Of a DNA stretch of 64,000 nt, positions 38,572 to 50,860 are shown piece after piece. Made by a program: the position numbers and the translations under genes. The notes under the pieces are model-generated. The model saw only the letters and a list, made by a program, of their open reading frames with translations. It searched no databases and was not told the DNA's origin. Within the stretch, counting starts at the first letter, position 1, and every line of letters begins with the position of its first letter. The stretch is from an uncultured bacterium (GTDB lineage Bacteria > Actinomycetota > Acidimicrobiia > Acidimicrobiales > VFJN01), in NCBI GenBank assembly GCA_963717085.1, contig CAVQVM010000022.1, positions 92,620 to 156,619 of the forward strand, in the 5' to 3' direction.

Positions 38572-38580
38572 GGGCGCCGG

Positions 38581-39177
38581 TCAGCCGGCGGTCGGCAACC
38601 AGTCGGGCCGGCGGGCCTCGTACTCGTCGATGGCCGCCGCGTACCGCAGTGTGATCGCGATGTCATCGAGACCCTCGATGAAGCGCTCGCGGGTGGCGTC
38701 GTCGAGCGGGAAAGCGCATTCGATGTCGAGGGCGCCGGCGGCGGACAGGGTGCGGCGCTCGACATCGATGGTGAGCTCGAGCCCGGGATCGGCCTCGACG
38801 GCGCGCAGCAGCGCCTCGCCGATGTCGGGCGGGACCACAACCGGCACGAGCCCGTTCTTCGTGGCGTTGTTGCGGAAGATGTCGCCGAACCGCGGGCTCA
38901 CGACGGCGGCGAAGCCGTAGTCCATGAGGGCCCAGACGGCGTGCTCGCGGGACGACCCGGTGCCGAAGTTGGGCCCGGCCACGAGGATCGTGGCCCCGGC
39001 GTAGCGCTCGTCGTTGAGCACGAAGTTGCGGTCGTCGCGCCACGTTGCGAACAGTCCACGGCCGAACCCCGTCCGCTCGACCCGCTTCAGCCACTCGGCG
39101 GGGATGATCTGGTCGGTGTCCACGTCGGAGCGGTCGAGCGGAAGGGCCGTGCCCTGGACGATGCGGACCGGGTTCAT
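38581..39177 (-). CDS. leuD: 3-isopropylmalate dehydratase small subunit
   Basis: VDTDQIIPA...[13 protein letters not shown]. The ATG overlaps the leuC stop. Confidence 0.95.
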   Translation of the reverse strand: MNPVRIVQGTALPLDRSDVDTDQIIPAEWLKRVERTGFGRGLFATWRDDRNFVLNDERYAGATILVAGPNFGTGSSREHAVWALMDYGFAAVVSPRFGDIFRNNATKNGLVPVVVPPDIGEALLRAVEADPGLELTIDVERRTLSAAGALDIECAFPLDDATRERFIEGLDDIAITLRYAAAIDEYEARRPDWLPTAG

Positions 39178-40607
39178 GAGGCCGCCCGAGTGTCGAGATC
39201 CTCGGGGGTGGCCAGCGTGCCCGCGATCGCGGTGGCGGCGGCGACCGCTGGGGAGACCAGGTGTGTGCGCCCGCCGCGCCCCTGGCGGCCCTCGAAGTTG
39301 CGGTTGCTGGTGGAGGCGCAGCGCTCGCCGGGTGCGAGCTTGTCGGGGTTCATGGCCAGGCACATCGAGCAACCGGGCTCGCGCCAGTCGAAGCCGGCCG
39401 CCTCCAACACCCTGTCGATGCCCTCGGCCTCGGCGTGGGCCTTGACGGCGTGGGATCCGGGCACGACGAGGGTCCGGACACCAGGGGCGACCCTGCGGCC
39501 CTCGGCGACGGCGGCGACGGCCCGCAGGTCCTCGATGCGGCTGTTGGTGCATGATCCGATGAACACGGTGTCGACGACGACGTCGGACAGGGGCGTGCCG
39601 GCCGCCAGTCCCATGTACTCGAGTGCCCGGCGGGCGGCGTCGCGCTCGGAGGGATCGGCGAAGGCGTCGGGGTCGGGCACCCGCCCGGTGATCGGCGCCA
39701 CTTGTCCGGGGTTGGTGCCCCAGGTGACGTGCGGAACGACGCCGGCGGCGTCGAGGTGCACCGCCTTGTCGAAGGCAGCCCCGTCGTCGGTGGCGAGCGT
39801 GCGCCAGTGGTCGAGTGCCCGCTCCCACGAGGCGCCGGTCGGTGCGTAGCGGCGACCCTCGAGGTAGGCGAACGTCGTTTCGTCGGGCGCCACGAGTCCC
39901 GCCTTGGCGCCGGCCTCGATGGACATGTTGCACACGGTCATCCGCCCCTCCATCGAGAGGCTGCGGATGGCGGAGCCGCGGTACTCGATGATCGAGCCGA
40001 TGCCGCCACCCGTTCCGATGCGGCCGATGATGGCGAGGATCACGTCCTTGGCCGTCGTAGCGGCCGGCAATGAGCCCTCGACGGTCACGGCCATGGTGCC
40101 GGGCCGCTGCTGCGGCAGCGTCTGCGTGGCCAGCACATGCTCGACCTCGCTGGTGCCGATCCCGAACGCCAGCGCCCCGAACGCGCCGTGGGTCGAGGTG
40201 TGGCTGTCGCCGCAAACGATGGTCATGCCGGGCTGCGTCAGTCCCTGCTCGGGGCCGATGATGTGGACGATGCCCTGCCCGGGCTCGCCAATGGCGTGGC
40301 AGGTGATGCCGAACTCGTCGCAGTTCGTGCGCAGCACCTGCATCTGCTTGGCCGAGATCGGATCGGCGATCGGTTGGTCGATGCCCTCGGTCGGCACGTT
40401 GTGGTCCATCGTGGCCACGGTGAGGTCGGGCCGCCGGACACGGCGCCCGGCCAGGCGGAGTCCGTCGAACGCCTGCGCCGAGGTGACCTCGTGCACGAGG
40501 TGGAGGTCGATGAACAGCAGGTCGGGGTCGCCCTCCGCGGACCGGACGACGTGCTGGTCCCAGACCTTCTGGCTGAGCGTGCGGGGTCCCGCTGTCGATG
40601 TCGTCAT
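39174..40607 (-). CDS. leuC: 3-isopropylmalate dehydratase large subunit
   Basis: [23 protein letters not shown]; [12 protein letters not shown]; [11 protein letters not shown] at codon 47 of the track ORF. Confidence 0.95.
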   Translation of the reverse strand: MTTSTAGPRTLSQKVWDQHVVRSAEGDPDLLFIDLHLVHEVTSAQAFDGLRLAGRRVRRPDLTVATMDHNVPTEGIDQPIADPISAKQMQVLRTNCDEFGITCHAIGEPGQGIVHIIGPEQGLTQPGMTIVCGDSHTSTHGAFGALAFGIGTSEVEHVLATQTLPQQRPGTMAVTVEGSLPAATTAKDVILAIIGRIGTGGGIGSIIEYRGSAIRSLSMEGRMTVCNMSIEAGAKAGLVAPDETTFAYLEGRRYAPTGASWERALDHWRTLATDDGAAFDKAVHLDAAGVVPHVTWGTNPGQVAPITGRVPDPDAFADPSERDAARRALEYMGLAAGTPLSDVVVDTVFIGSCTNSRIEDLRAVAAVAEGRRVAPGVRTLVVPGSHAVKAHAEAEGIDRVLEAAGFDWREPGCSMCLAMNPDKLAPGERCASTSNRNFEGRQGRGGRTHLVSPAVAAATAIAGTLATPEDLDTRAAS

Positions 40608-40645
40608 GGCCGTCGTCTCACATATCGGGATAGAATTCTCAGGAA

Positions 40646-41287
40646 GTGAACAGCATAAGTGGTGTCGGGGTCGTGGACAAGGCGGTCGGCGTGCTGGGCG
40701 CGCTCGAGCGTGGCCCCCAGTCGTTGGCGGAGCTGGTGGCCGCAACCGGCCTGACCCGGGCCACCGCCCACCGCCTGGCGGTCGCGCTCGAGGCCCACGG
40801 GCTCGTGCGGCGTGACGAGGACGGGCGGTTCACACTGGGGCTGCGCCTCATCGGGCTGGGCCATGCCGCCGCCGAGGCCGTCCCCGGCTGGCTCGACGCC
40901 CGCCCGGCGCTCGCCCGGCTCCAGGAGCAGACCGGCGAGTCGGTGCAGCTCTACGTACGCGACCGCGACGTGCGGGTGTGCGTCGAGTCGCTGGAGGCCC
41001 CGCACGAGCTGCGCACGATCGTGCCGGTGGGTGCCCGTCTGCCGCTCGACCGTGGGTCCGGTGGGAGGGTGCTCCGCGACGGGGCCGCGTCCGACTGGGT
41101 CGAGAGCGTGGAGGAGCGCCAGGCGGGGGTGGCGTCGGTGAGCGCCCCGGTCGTGGACCCGTCGGGCCGGGTGGTGGCCGCGGTGAGCGTCAGCGGTCCG
41201 GTGGATCGGACGACCCGCAGCCCCGGTCGCCGTTACGGAACCGCAGTGGCCGAGGCCGCCCGCCGCATCTCCCGGAGCCTCGCCTGA
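40646..41287 (+). CDS. IclR-family transcriptional regulator divergent from leuCD (LtbR-like position)
   Basis: N-terminal winged HTH ([39 protein letters not shown]). Same divergent arrangement as the IclR gene next to leuCD in corynebacteria and mycobacteria. Confidence 0.8.
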   Translation: MNSISGVGVVDKAVGVLGALERGPQSLAELVAATGLTRATAHRLAVALEAHGLVRRDEDGRFTLGLRLIGLGHAAAEAVPGWLDARPALARLQEQTGESVQLYVRDRDVRVCVESLEAPHELRTIVPVGARLPLDRGSGGRVLRDGAASDWVESVEERQAGVASVSAPVVDPSGRVVAAVSVSGPVDRTTRSPGRRYGTAVAEAARRISRSLA

Positions 41288-41308
41288 TCCGGCCCGGCGC
41301 CCGTCCCC

Positions 41309-41405
41309 GAGGCAGTACCGAACGGTGACGCGCGCCCGAGGCAATGACGAACGGAGACCGTTCGCTATTGCCTCGTCCGCCAGAGTCCGTTCGCCATTGC
41401 CTCGG
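41309..41405. repeat. 97-bp four-arm palindromic element, copy 3 (family A)
   Basis: Arms at 41309, 41338, 41358 and 41387. Lies between the convergent IclR and acyl-CoA synthetase genes. Confidence 0.85.
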
Positions 41406-41463
41406 GCCTGACTGGGGTTGAGCGACCCGGCGAACCCACCCGCCGAGTGGTGGCCGGCCGCGG

Positions 41464-43014
41464 TCAGTTCACCTGGCGATCGCGGCCCTCCCAGTACGGC
41501 GTCCGGAGCTTGAACTTCTGCAGCTTGCCGGTGGCCGTGCGGGGGAGCGCGTCCCGTATCTCCACCGACGTCGGGCACTTGAAGTGGGCCAGGCGTTCGC
41601 GGCAGTGAGCGATCAGCGCCACCTCGTCGACGTCGGCGTCGGGGACGGGCACCACCAGGGCCTTGACGGTCTCCCCCCACCGTTCGTCCGGCACGCCGAT
41701 CACCGCCACCTCGGCTACCGCCGGGTGCGAGTGCAGCACGTCCTCGATCTCGATGGACGACACGTTCTCGCCGCCGGAGATGATCACGTCCTTCTTCCGG
41801 TCCGAGATGGCCAGGTACCTGCCCTCGGAGTCGTCGTCGATCATGCCGCCGTCGCCGGTGTGGAACCAGCCGTCCTCCAGGGCGGCGGCGGTGGCTTCCG
41901 GTTGGTTCCAGTAGCCGTCGAACACGACGTTCGAGCGGGCCAGCACCTCGCCGTCCTCGCTGGTCTGCAGCCGGACACCGAGGGTGGGCGCACCGGCCCG
42001 CCCCAGCCGGGTCGCCCGCTCGGCGGGCGACAGGTCGTCCCACTCGACCCGGCGCCGGTTGATGGTGAGGACCGGCGACGTCTCCGTGAGGCCGTAGAGC
42101 TGGATGAACTCCCAGCCGAGCTCCGTCTCCATCCGCTCGATCGTGCGGGTGGGTGGGGGCGCACCCGCCACCACCATGCGCACGCGGTCACGGCCTGGCA
42201 CCTCGCCGTCCCACTGGGCCGCCCCGTCGAGGATCGCGGCCACCACCGCGGGTGCCCCGCACATCAGCGTCACCCCGTGCTGTTCGACCCTGCGCAGGAT
42301 CTCGGTGCCGTCGACCTTGCGCAGCACCACCTGGCTGGAGCCCATGCCGGCCAGCGCGTACGGCATCCCCCAGCCGTTGCAGTGGAACATGGGCAGGGTG
42401 TGCAGGTAGACGTCGCGGTCGTTCACCCCCGTCTGCCAGCCGAAGACGGCGGCGTTGACCCACAGGTTGCGGTGGGTCATCTGCACGCCCTTGGGCCGGG
42501 CGGTCGTGCCGCTGGTGTAGTTGATCGTGGCGGTCGCGTTCTCGTCCGGCGCGTCCCAGGGCTCGGGGTCGCCGGCGTCGGAGGGCCACAGCATGGCGTC
42601 GGTCTCGGCGCCGAGGACGTAGCGGCGCTTGCAGTCGATGCCCGCGAGGGCCTCGTCGAGCTCGGGGTCGACCAGCAGCATCGTGGCCCCGGAATGCTCG
42701 ACGATGTAGCCGATCTCCTCGGCGTTGAGGCGGAAGTTGACCGGCACCAGCACGCGGCCCCAGGCGCTCACGCCGAAGAACGACACGAGCAGCCTCGCGG
42801 CGTTGTGCGACACGATGGCCACCCGCTCGCCCCGACCCACGCCGAGTTCGTCGAGGGCCGCCGCTTGCGCCCGGGCCAACTCGGCCACGCGCCGATAGGT
42901 GAGCGACCCCCACGAGGGTGCCGGCTGGTCGGGTTCGTCCACCACTCCGATGCGATCGGGGTAGACGAGCGCGGCTCGGTCCAGGTGATCGGCGATCGTC
43001 AACGGAACCTGCAT
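41464..43014 (-). CDS. Acyl-CoA synthetase (AMP-forming)
   Basis: YTSGTTARPKGV; GDGGMIDDDSEGRYLAISDRKKDVIISGGENV. 516 aa. Confidence 0.85.
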   Translation of the reverse strand: MQVPLTIADHLDRAALVYPDRIGVVDEPDQPAPSWGSLTYRRVAELARAQAAALDELGVGRGERVAIVSHNAARLLVSFFGVSAWGRVLVPVNFRLNAEEIGYIVEHSGATMLLVDPELDEALAGIDCKRRYVLGAETDAMLWPSDAGDPEPWDAPDENATATINYTSGTTARPKGVQMTHRNLWVNAAVFGWQTGVNDRDVYLHTLPMFHCNGWGMPYALAGMGSSQVVLRKVDGTEILRRVEQHGVTLMCGAPAVVAAILDGAAQWDGEVPGRDRVRMVVAGAPPPTRTIERMETELGWEFIQLYGLTETSPVLTINRRRVEWDDLSPAERATRLGRAGAPTLGVRLQTSEDGEVLARSNVVFDGYWNQPEATAAALEDGWFHTGDGGMIDDDSEGRYLAISDRKKDVIISGGENVSSIEIEDVLHSHPAVAEVAVIGVPDERWGETVKALVVPVPDADVDEVALIAHCRERLAHFKCPTSVEIRDALPRTATGKLQKFKLRTPYWEGRDRQVN

Positions 43015-43056
43015 GGCAACCCCTAGTGCTCGGCTCTCTGCCGCCTTATTAGCGCG

Positions 43057-44007
43057 TCAGCTCCACAGCGTGACGTAGACGGGGGGTCGGAAGCGAGACA
43101 CCGGCACGCTGCCGTCGGCTCGGTGCATCGCCTGCATGGCGTGGGGCGTGTCGAGGAAGCGCCACAGCCGCGTCGCCATCGGGGAGCGCCGGTCGGCGCC
43201 CAGGGCGTTGACGTGCCACAGGACCTCGAGGGGCGTGCCGGCGACCGGCAGCATGACCAGCCGGCCGCGTTCGACGTCGCTGGCCACCAGGTGGGCGACG
43301 CCCGGCGCCACGCCCTCGCCGTCGGCGGCGGCGGCCCATGCCGCCCCCAAGCTGGGGAACACCCGGATGCGGTCGTCGGGGACGCGCAGCCGGGTCAGCA
43401 GCGTGCCGATCTCGGTGGCGGGATCGGCACCGCTCGCGTCCACGAGCCAGTCCTGGCCGGCGAGGGCGGAGAGGCCGACGTGGGCAGCCCGGGCGAGGGC
43501 GTGGCGCTTGCCGGCGACCACGACCAGGCGGTAGCGCATCATGGGCTTGGCCTCGAGGTCGATGAGCGACGGGCCCAGCCCCACGTCGGCGAGGCGTTCC
43601 GTCAGCAGGACCGGCATCTCGGTCGCGGTCGTGACCCCAAGCGTGGCCTCCACCGGGCCATGGCGCGACGTGAAGGCGTTGAGCAACGGGCGGGCCACGT
43701 ACTCGGCCACGGTGCTGGTGGCGACCACCCGCAGCAGCTCTGGCGCTCCCTGGGCCCGGCGGATCGCGTGCTCGGCCTCGACGGCCAGGTTCACCATCTG
43801 CGACGCGATGGGGACCAGGCGCTGGCCGCCGGGCGTCAGGTCCATGCCGCCGGGCGTGCGCTCGACCAGGGGGTCGCCGAGGTGCTGCCGCAGCGCCGCC
43901 AGCGCGCCCGACACCGCGGGCTCGCTGACACCCAGCACGCGGGCCGCGGCCTTCACCGACCCGAGCCGGGCGACGAGAACGAAGGCCTCGAGCTGCGTCA
44001 GCGTCAT
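43057..44007 (-). CDS. LysR-family transcriptional regulator, divergent from the cox genes
   Basis: MTLTQLEAFVLVARLGSVKAAARVLGVSEPAVSGALAALRQHLG. Confidence 0.85.
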   Translation of the reverse strand: MTLTQLEAFVLVARLGSVKAAARVLGVSEPAVSGALAALRQHLGDPLVERTPGGMDLTPGGQRLVPIASQMVNLAVEAEHAIRRAQGAPELLRVVATSTVAEYVARPLLNAFTSRHGPVEATLGVTTATEMPVLLTERLADVGLGPSLIDLEAKPMMRYRLVVVAGKRHALARAAHVGLSALAGQDWLVDASGADPATEIGTLLTRLRVPDDRIRVFPSLGAAWAAAADGEGVAPGVAHLVASDVERGRLVMLPVAGTPLEVLWHVNALGADRRSPMATRLWRFLDTPHAMQAMHRADGSVPVSRFRPPVYVTLWS

Positions 44008-44030
44008 TTGCTGCGCACCGTAGCGGGCGA

Positions 44031-44044
44031 TAAGCAATCGCTTA
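44031..44044. promoter_or_regulatory. Dyad TAAGC-AATC-GCTTA in the LysR/coxM divergent region (candidate LysR box)
   Basis: Perfect 5-bp arms. T-N-A type dyad, 24 nt from the LysR start. Confidence 0.3.
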
Positions 44045-44132
44045 GGCGCCCGTGGACAGAGCCGAGCGTGCAGAGCACACTGCGCTCCGCGGCTTCCCGG
44101 GTGCGGACCGCCGCCCGCCGGAGGGAGGAAGT

Positions 44133-45014
44133 ATGCAGACGCCTGCGCCGTTCGAGTACGAGCGGGCCGGCAGTGTCGACGACGCGCTCGCCCTGCTCGA
44201 GCGCCACGGGCCCGAAGCCCGGCTCGTCGCCGGCGGCCACAGCCTGCTGCCGATGATGAAGCTGCGCCTCGCGCGACCCGAGGTGCTCGTCGATATCAAC
44301 GACCTGACCGACCTGTCGTACATCCGTGTCGAAGGCGACACGATCGCCATCGGCGGGATGACCCGCCACGCCGAGCTGCTGGCCTCGCCGGTCCTGGGCG
44401 AGCACTACGCGATCTTCCACGACGCGGAGCGGGTCATCGCCGATCCCATCGTCCGCAACCGGGGGACCATCGGCGGCTCGTTCTGCCAGGCGGACCCGTC
44501 GGAGGACCTGGCGGCGGTGGGCTCGGCGCTCCGCGCCGAGATGGTCGTCCGCTCGACGGGCGGCGAACGGACCATCCCCGCCCGGGAGTTCCACACGGGC
44601 CCGTACGAGACCGTGCTGGAACCCGCGGAGATCCTCACCGAGGTGCGGGTGCCGATCCGGCCCGGCGCCGGCAGCGCCTACGAGAAGGTGGAGCGCCGCG
44701 TCGGGGACTGGCCCATCGCCGCCGCCGGCGCCTTCGTGACACTGGACGGCGACACGGTGAGCGACGTGGGCATCGGGCTCACGGCGCTCGGGGCATCGCA
44801 CTTCTGCGCCCCGGATGCCGAGGATGCGCTCAGGGGCCAGGACGCCACGGACCAGAACCTGGCGGCCGCCGCCGATGCCGCCGCCGGCGCGTGCAACCCG
44901 GCCGCCGACCAGCGTGGGCCGGTCGACTACAAGCGCCACCTGGCCCGGGAGCTCACCCTGCGGGCGTTGCGCCGCTCGGTGGCCCGGGCACGCGGCGAGG
45001 CCGAAGGAGGCTGA
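44133..45014 (+). CDS. coxM: CO dehydrogenase / xanthine-dehydrogenase-family FAD-binding medium subunit
   Basis: FEYERAGSVDDALALL...LVAGGHSLLPMMKLRLA. RBS GGAGGGAGG. Confidence 0.85.
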   Translation: MQTPAPFEYERAGSVDDALALLERHGPEARLVAGGHSLLPMMKLRLARPEVLVDINDLTDLSYIRVEGDTIAIGGMTRHAELLASPVLGEHYAIFHDAERVIADPIVRNRGTIGGSFCQADPSEDLAAVGSALRAEMVVRSTGGERTIPAREFHTGPYETVLEPAEILTEVRVPIRPGAGSAYEKVERRVGDWPIAAAGAFVTLDGDTVSDVGIGLTALGASHFCAPDAEDALRGQDATDQNLAAAADAAAGACNPAADQRGPVDYKRHLARELTLRALRRSVARARGEAEGG

Positions 45015-45016
45015 CC

Positions 45017-45559
45017 ATGCAGGTGACGATGACCGTCAACGGCGAGGAAGTGACCCGCGACATCGAGCCCCGGCTACTGCTGGTCCACTTCGTGCGCGAC
45101 CACCTGGGCTTGACCGGCACCCACTGGGGCTGCGACACGTCCAACTGCGGCACCTGCGTGTTGTGGATGGATGGCGAGCCGGTCAAGAGCTGCACCGTGC
45201 TCGCGGCGATGGCCGCTGGGCGCACCATCCGCACGGTCGAGGACCTCGAGCGCGATGGCGAGCTCGACCCGATCCAGCAGGGATTCATGCAGTGCCACGG
45301 CTTGCAGTGCGGCTTCTGCACTCCGGGGATGATGATGACCGCCCGCTGGCTGCTCGATCACGATCCCGATCCCACGGATGACGACATCCGGGAGGGCATC
45401 TCGGGGCAGTTCTGCCGCTGCACCGGCTACGAGAACGTCGTGCGGGCGATTCGCTGGGCGGCAGAACACCCTGACGGTCTGGGGGAGGCCGCGGAGCCCG
45501 GCGCCGCCGACGACAGTGCGGCGCCGGGCGACGCGGTTTCCGAGGAGGTGTCGGCATGA
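45017..45559 (+). CDS. coxS: [2Fe-2S] small subunit
   Basis: CDTSNCGTC and CGFCTPG...CRCTGY cluster motifs. Confidence 0.9.
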   Translation: MQVTMTVNGEEVTRDIEPRLLLVHFVRDHLGLTGTHWGCDTSNCGTCVLWMDGEPVKSCTVLAAMAAGRTIRTVEDLERDGELDPIQQGFMQCHGLQCGFCTPGMMMTARWLLDHDPDPTDDDIREGISGQFCRCTGYENVVRAIRWAAEHPDGLGEAAEPGAADDSAAPGDAVSEEVSA

Positions 45560-45707
45560 CCGCACGTCCGCCGGGGCTGCGCCCCCTGACCCCATCGTCG
45601 CCGGGCTCGCTGGCTTGTCGACCCAACTACCCGCCCGTCTCGCGGCGACGTTGCGAGCGGGCTCCAGTTGGCTCGATCGCTCCGTCGACTGATCAGGAGC
45701 TGCGCTC

Positions 45708-48115
<2,408 letters not shown>

Positions 48116-48119
<4 letters not shown>

Positions 48120-49063
48120 ACCCCGACGTCGAGGCCCGGGCCGCCGAGTTGCGGCGGGATCGGGTCTCGTTCGTGCACGCCCGGGTGGTGCGCGCCGAAC
48201 GGCCGACGTCGGCCAAGCCGGGCGACGAGGCGGTGGTCCTGCCCGACGGCACGATCGAGGGCTTCGTCGGGGGGGCGTGCGCGGAGTCGACGGTGCGGGC
48301 CCAGGGCCTGTCGTTGCTCGACTCCGGCGAGTCGCTGCTGCTGCGCATCTCGGCCTCGGGCGATGCCGGCGACGCGGGCGTGCCGGAGCCCGAGGGCACG
48401 CTGACCGTCGTCAACCCCTGCCTCTCGGGAGGGACCCTGGAGATCTTCCTGGAGCCGGTGATCCCAGCGCCCACCATCGCCGTCCACGGGGAGTCGCCGA
48501 TCGCCGCCGCCCTGGCCGCGCTCGCCGAGCGCGTCGGCTTCGAGGTCGTGGTGGGCGCGGGGGATGCAGTCGGCGGGGAGGCGAGCGCCCCGCCGGCCGC
48601 GGTGGTCGTGGCGTCCCACGGGCGAGACGAGGAGCCGGTCCTGGAGGCAGCCGTCCGCGCGGGCGTGCCGTACGTGGGCCTCGTGGCCAGCCGCAAGCGG
48701 GGCGAGGCCGTCGTGGCCGCGCTCGAGCTCGACGACGTCCAGCGGGCCTCGGTGCACACCCCTGCGGGGTTGGACATCGGTGCCCGCACGCCGCGCGAGG
48801 TGGCGCTGTCGATCCTGGCCGAGATCGTCGCCCAGCGCCCGCGCCCCTCCGGCATGGCCCAGGCGTCGCCCGGGGCCACCACGGCCGCGGGGCCGCCGAC
48901 CGCACCCGAGGTCGTCACCGACCTGGTGTGCGGGATGGCGGTGGTCGCCGACGACGTCGCACTGCACCTGGACCATGCGGGCAAGCGCTACTGGTTCTGC
49001 GGGACCGGCTGCCTGCGTGCGTTCGCCGCCGACCCGAGCGCCTACCTGCCGTCCGACGCGTGA
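48116..49063 (+). CDS. XdhC/CoxI-family maturation protein fused to a C-terminal YHS/TRASH metal-binding domain
   Basis: N-terminal XdhC_CoxI-like region (FVHARVVRAERPTSAKPGDEAVV) and a Rossmann-like middle. C-terminus VCGMAVV...GKRYWFCGTGCLRAF. GTG start overlaps the coxL stop. Confidence 0.7.
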
Positions 49064-49173
49064 CGGGCCGGCACACTGTCGACGTGGCCCGGATTCGGCC
49101 GGGCCGGGCCGCCGACGCTCCCGCCATCGCCGCCCTCGGGGCGCGCAAATCCGGGTCGACGAGCGAGGCGAGG

Positions 49174-49662
49174 ATGACCGTGACCGACCAGCTGCTGCGG
49201 AACGCCCGGCGATTCGCCGAGGGCTTCGACGAGGACGCACAGGTCACGCAGCGCCCGACTCACGTGGCGGTGGTCGCCTGCATGGACGCCCGCCTCGATC
49301 CGCAGGCCATCCTCGGGCTCGCCTCGGGCGACGCCCACGTCATCCGCAACGCCGGGGGCGTCGTCAGCGACGACGTCATCCGATCGCTGGCCATCTCGCA
49401 GCGGCTGCTCGGCACGACCGAGATCATGCTGGTCCACCACACCGACTGCGGCATGCTCACCTTCCGCGACGACGACGTGAAGGACCAGATCGCCGCCGAC
49501 ACCGGCATCCGCCCGCCGTTCGCCCTGGAGGCCTTCCCCGACCTCGACGACGACGTCCGCCAGTCGGTCGCCCGCATCCACGCCAGCCCCTTCATCCCCC
49601 ACAAGAACGTGCGGGGGTTCGTGTACGAAGTCGAGAACGGCAGGCTGCGCGAGGTGTCGTGA
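49174..49662 (+). CDS. Beta-class carbonic anhydrase
   Basis: Zn-ligand motifs CMDARL and HHTDCG. 162 aa from MTVTDQLL. Confidence 0.85.
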   Translation: MTVTDQLLRNARRFAEGFDEDAQVTQRPTHVAVVACMDARLDPQAILGLASGDAHVIRNAGGVVSDDVIRSLAISQRLLGTTEIMLVHHTDCGMLTFRDDDVKDQIAADTGIRPPFALEAFPDLDDDVRQSVARIHASPFIPHKNVRGFVYEVENGRLREVS

Positions 49663-49798
49663 GTTCCCGATCGACGACCGCGCTCGGGTGATGCGGGTCG
49701 CTTGCTCCATCCGCGGCGGGCGCTGGCTCCGAACCGAGGGTGTCAATCGCCGTCTGGTGGTGACAACCCGCACACCGTCCTACGACCGGAGATCGAAG

Positions 49799-49921
49799 AT
49801 GCGCAAGACCCTCGGACTCGTCGCCGCCGGGCTGCTCGCCGTGTTCGGAGTCGCCCTCGCCGCCGCTCCGGCCGGCGTCACCTACGCCGCCACCGCCATC
49901 GAGTACGGCCTGATCGCCTGA
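49799..49921 (+). CDS. 40-aa ORF: signal-like N-terminus plus a C-terminal Flp-pilin-like ATAIEYGLIA
   Basis: GGAG lies 7 nt upstream. Sequence: MRKTLGLVAAGLLAVFGVALAAAPAGVTYAATAIEYGLIA-stop. Confidence 0.35.
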   Translation: MRKTLGLVAAGLLAVFGVALAAAPAGVTYAATAIEYGLIA

Positions 49922-50095
49922 CGCCGGTCCGCCAGTATCGGGCTCGTGAGGTCCCTCCAACCGTTCTTGGCGCCGAGGTAGTTGCCCAGTAACCAGTTCT
50001 GCGCCGAGAAGCGTCAGTGAGGCTCGATTCCGCCGGTGGTGCGCCAGCCCGGGACATCCAACGCAGCGCGGGCATGGGATCCGCGGAATCGACCC

Positions 50096-50563
50096 TCAGT
50101 CGATCGAGACGATCTCGACCTGGAGCTCGGCGCCGGTTGGAGCCGTGAACGTCACCGAGTCGCCGGGTCCTGACCCGATGAGGGCCTCACCAAGGGGCGA
50201 CGACGGGCTGATCACCTCCAGGTCGTCGTGGCGTTCCTCGATCGAACCCACGAGGTAGCGCTCGACCTCGTCGTCGCCGGCGTAGCGGATGGCCACCACC
50301 GAGCCATGCGACACGTGCTCACCGTTGTCGGCCTGGACGATCTCGGCGTTCTCGAGCATCGCGGAGAGCTGGCGGATGCGGCCCTCCATCTTGCCTTGCT
50401 CCTCCTTGGCGGCGTGATAGTCACCGTTCTCGGAGAGGTCGCCGAGCTCCCGGGCCGCTTCGATCTTGCGAGCGATCTCGACCCGTCCGCGCGTCGTCAG
50501 GTCCTGATACTCCGCCTGGAGGCGGTCGTACGCGGCCTGCGAGAGGTGGTGGGTCTCTGCCAT
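50096..50563 (-). CDS. greA: Transcription elongation factor GreA
   Basis: LSQAAYDRLQAEYQDLTTRGR...ENGDYHAAKEEQ. 155 aa. Confidence 0.95.
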   Translation of the reverse strand: MAETHHLSQAAYDRLQAEYQDLTTRGRVEIARKIEAARELGDLSENGDYHAAKEEQGKMEGRIRQLSAMLENAEIVQADNGEHVSHGSVVAIRYAGDDEVERYLVGSIEERHDDLEVISPSSPLGEALIGSGPGDSVTFTAPTGAELQVEIVSID

Positions 50564-50668
50564 AGACGCACCAGGCTAGGACGTCGTGACGGGTCGGCCA
50601 ACGGCCAACCGACCGGCGCTCGGCATCGCGGTTGACGCCGCTTGGCGCTTCGGTGAACACTTGCCGCC

Positions 50669-50707
50669 GTGCGTCCCCTCGCCGCCTCGGTAATCATCAT
50701 CGTGTAG
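50669..50707 (+). CDS. leuB-ilvE-cimA leader peptide (V/M)RPLAASVIIIV (12 codons, GTG start)
   Basis: GTG CGT CCC CTC GCC GCC TCG GTA ATC ATC ATC GTG TAG. A Val-Ile-Ile-Ile-Val run sits directly before the stop. Followed by hairpins and a terminator. Confidence 0.5.
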   Translation: MRPLAASVIIIV

Positions 50708-50773
50708 CGCGCGTCGGCTGTCGACGTGCGCTCCCGACCGTCCACCATCGGTGGGCGGTTTGTCATTTATCGG
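50707..50773 (+). promoter_or_regulatory. leuB-operon attenuator RNA
   Basis: Imperfect hairpin AGCGCGCGTCG...TCGACGTGCGCT starts at the leader stop. Terminator ACCGTCCACC-ATC-GGTGGGCGGT (50737-50759) is followed by TTGTCATTTATCGG. Confidence 0.5.
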
Positions 50774-50860
50774 CCCGGATCCCACCCACCCCGGAGAAAC
50801 AGTGAGCGAGCGTGAGCGAGCGAACCATAAGCACAGTGCCCTACTCGCCGCGAAGCGGCG

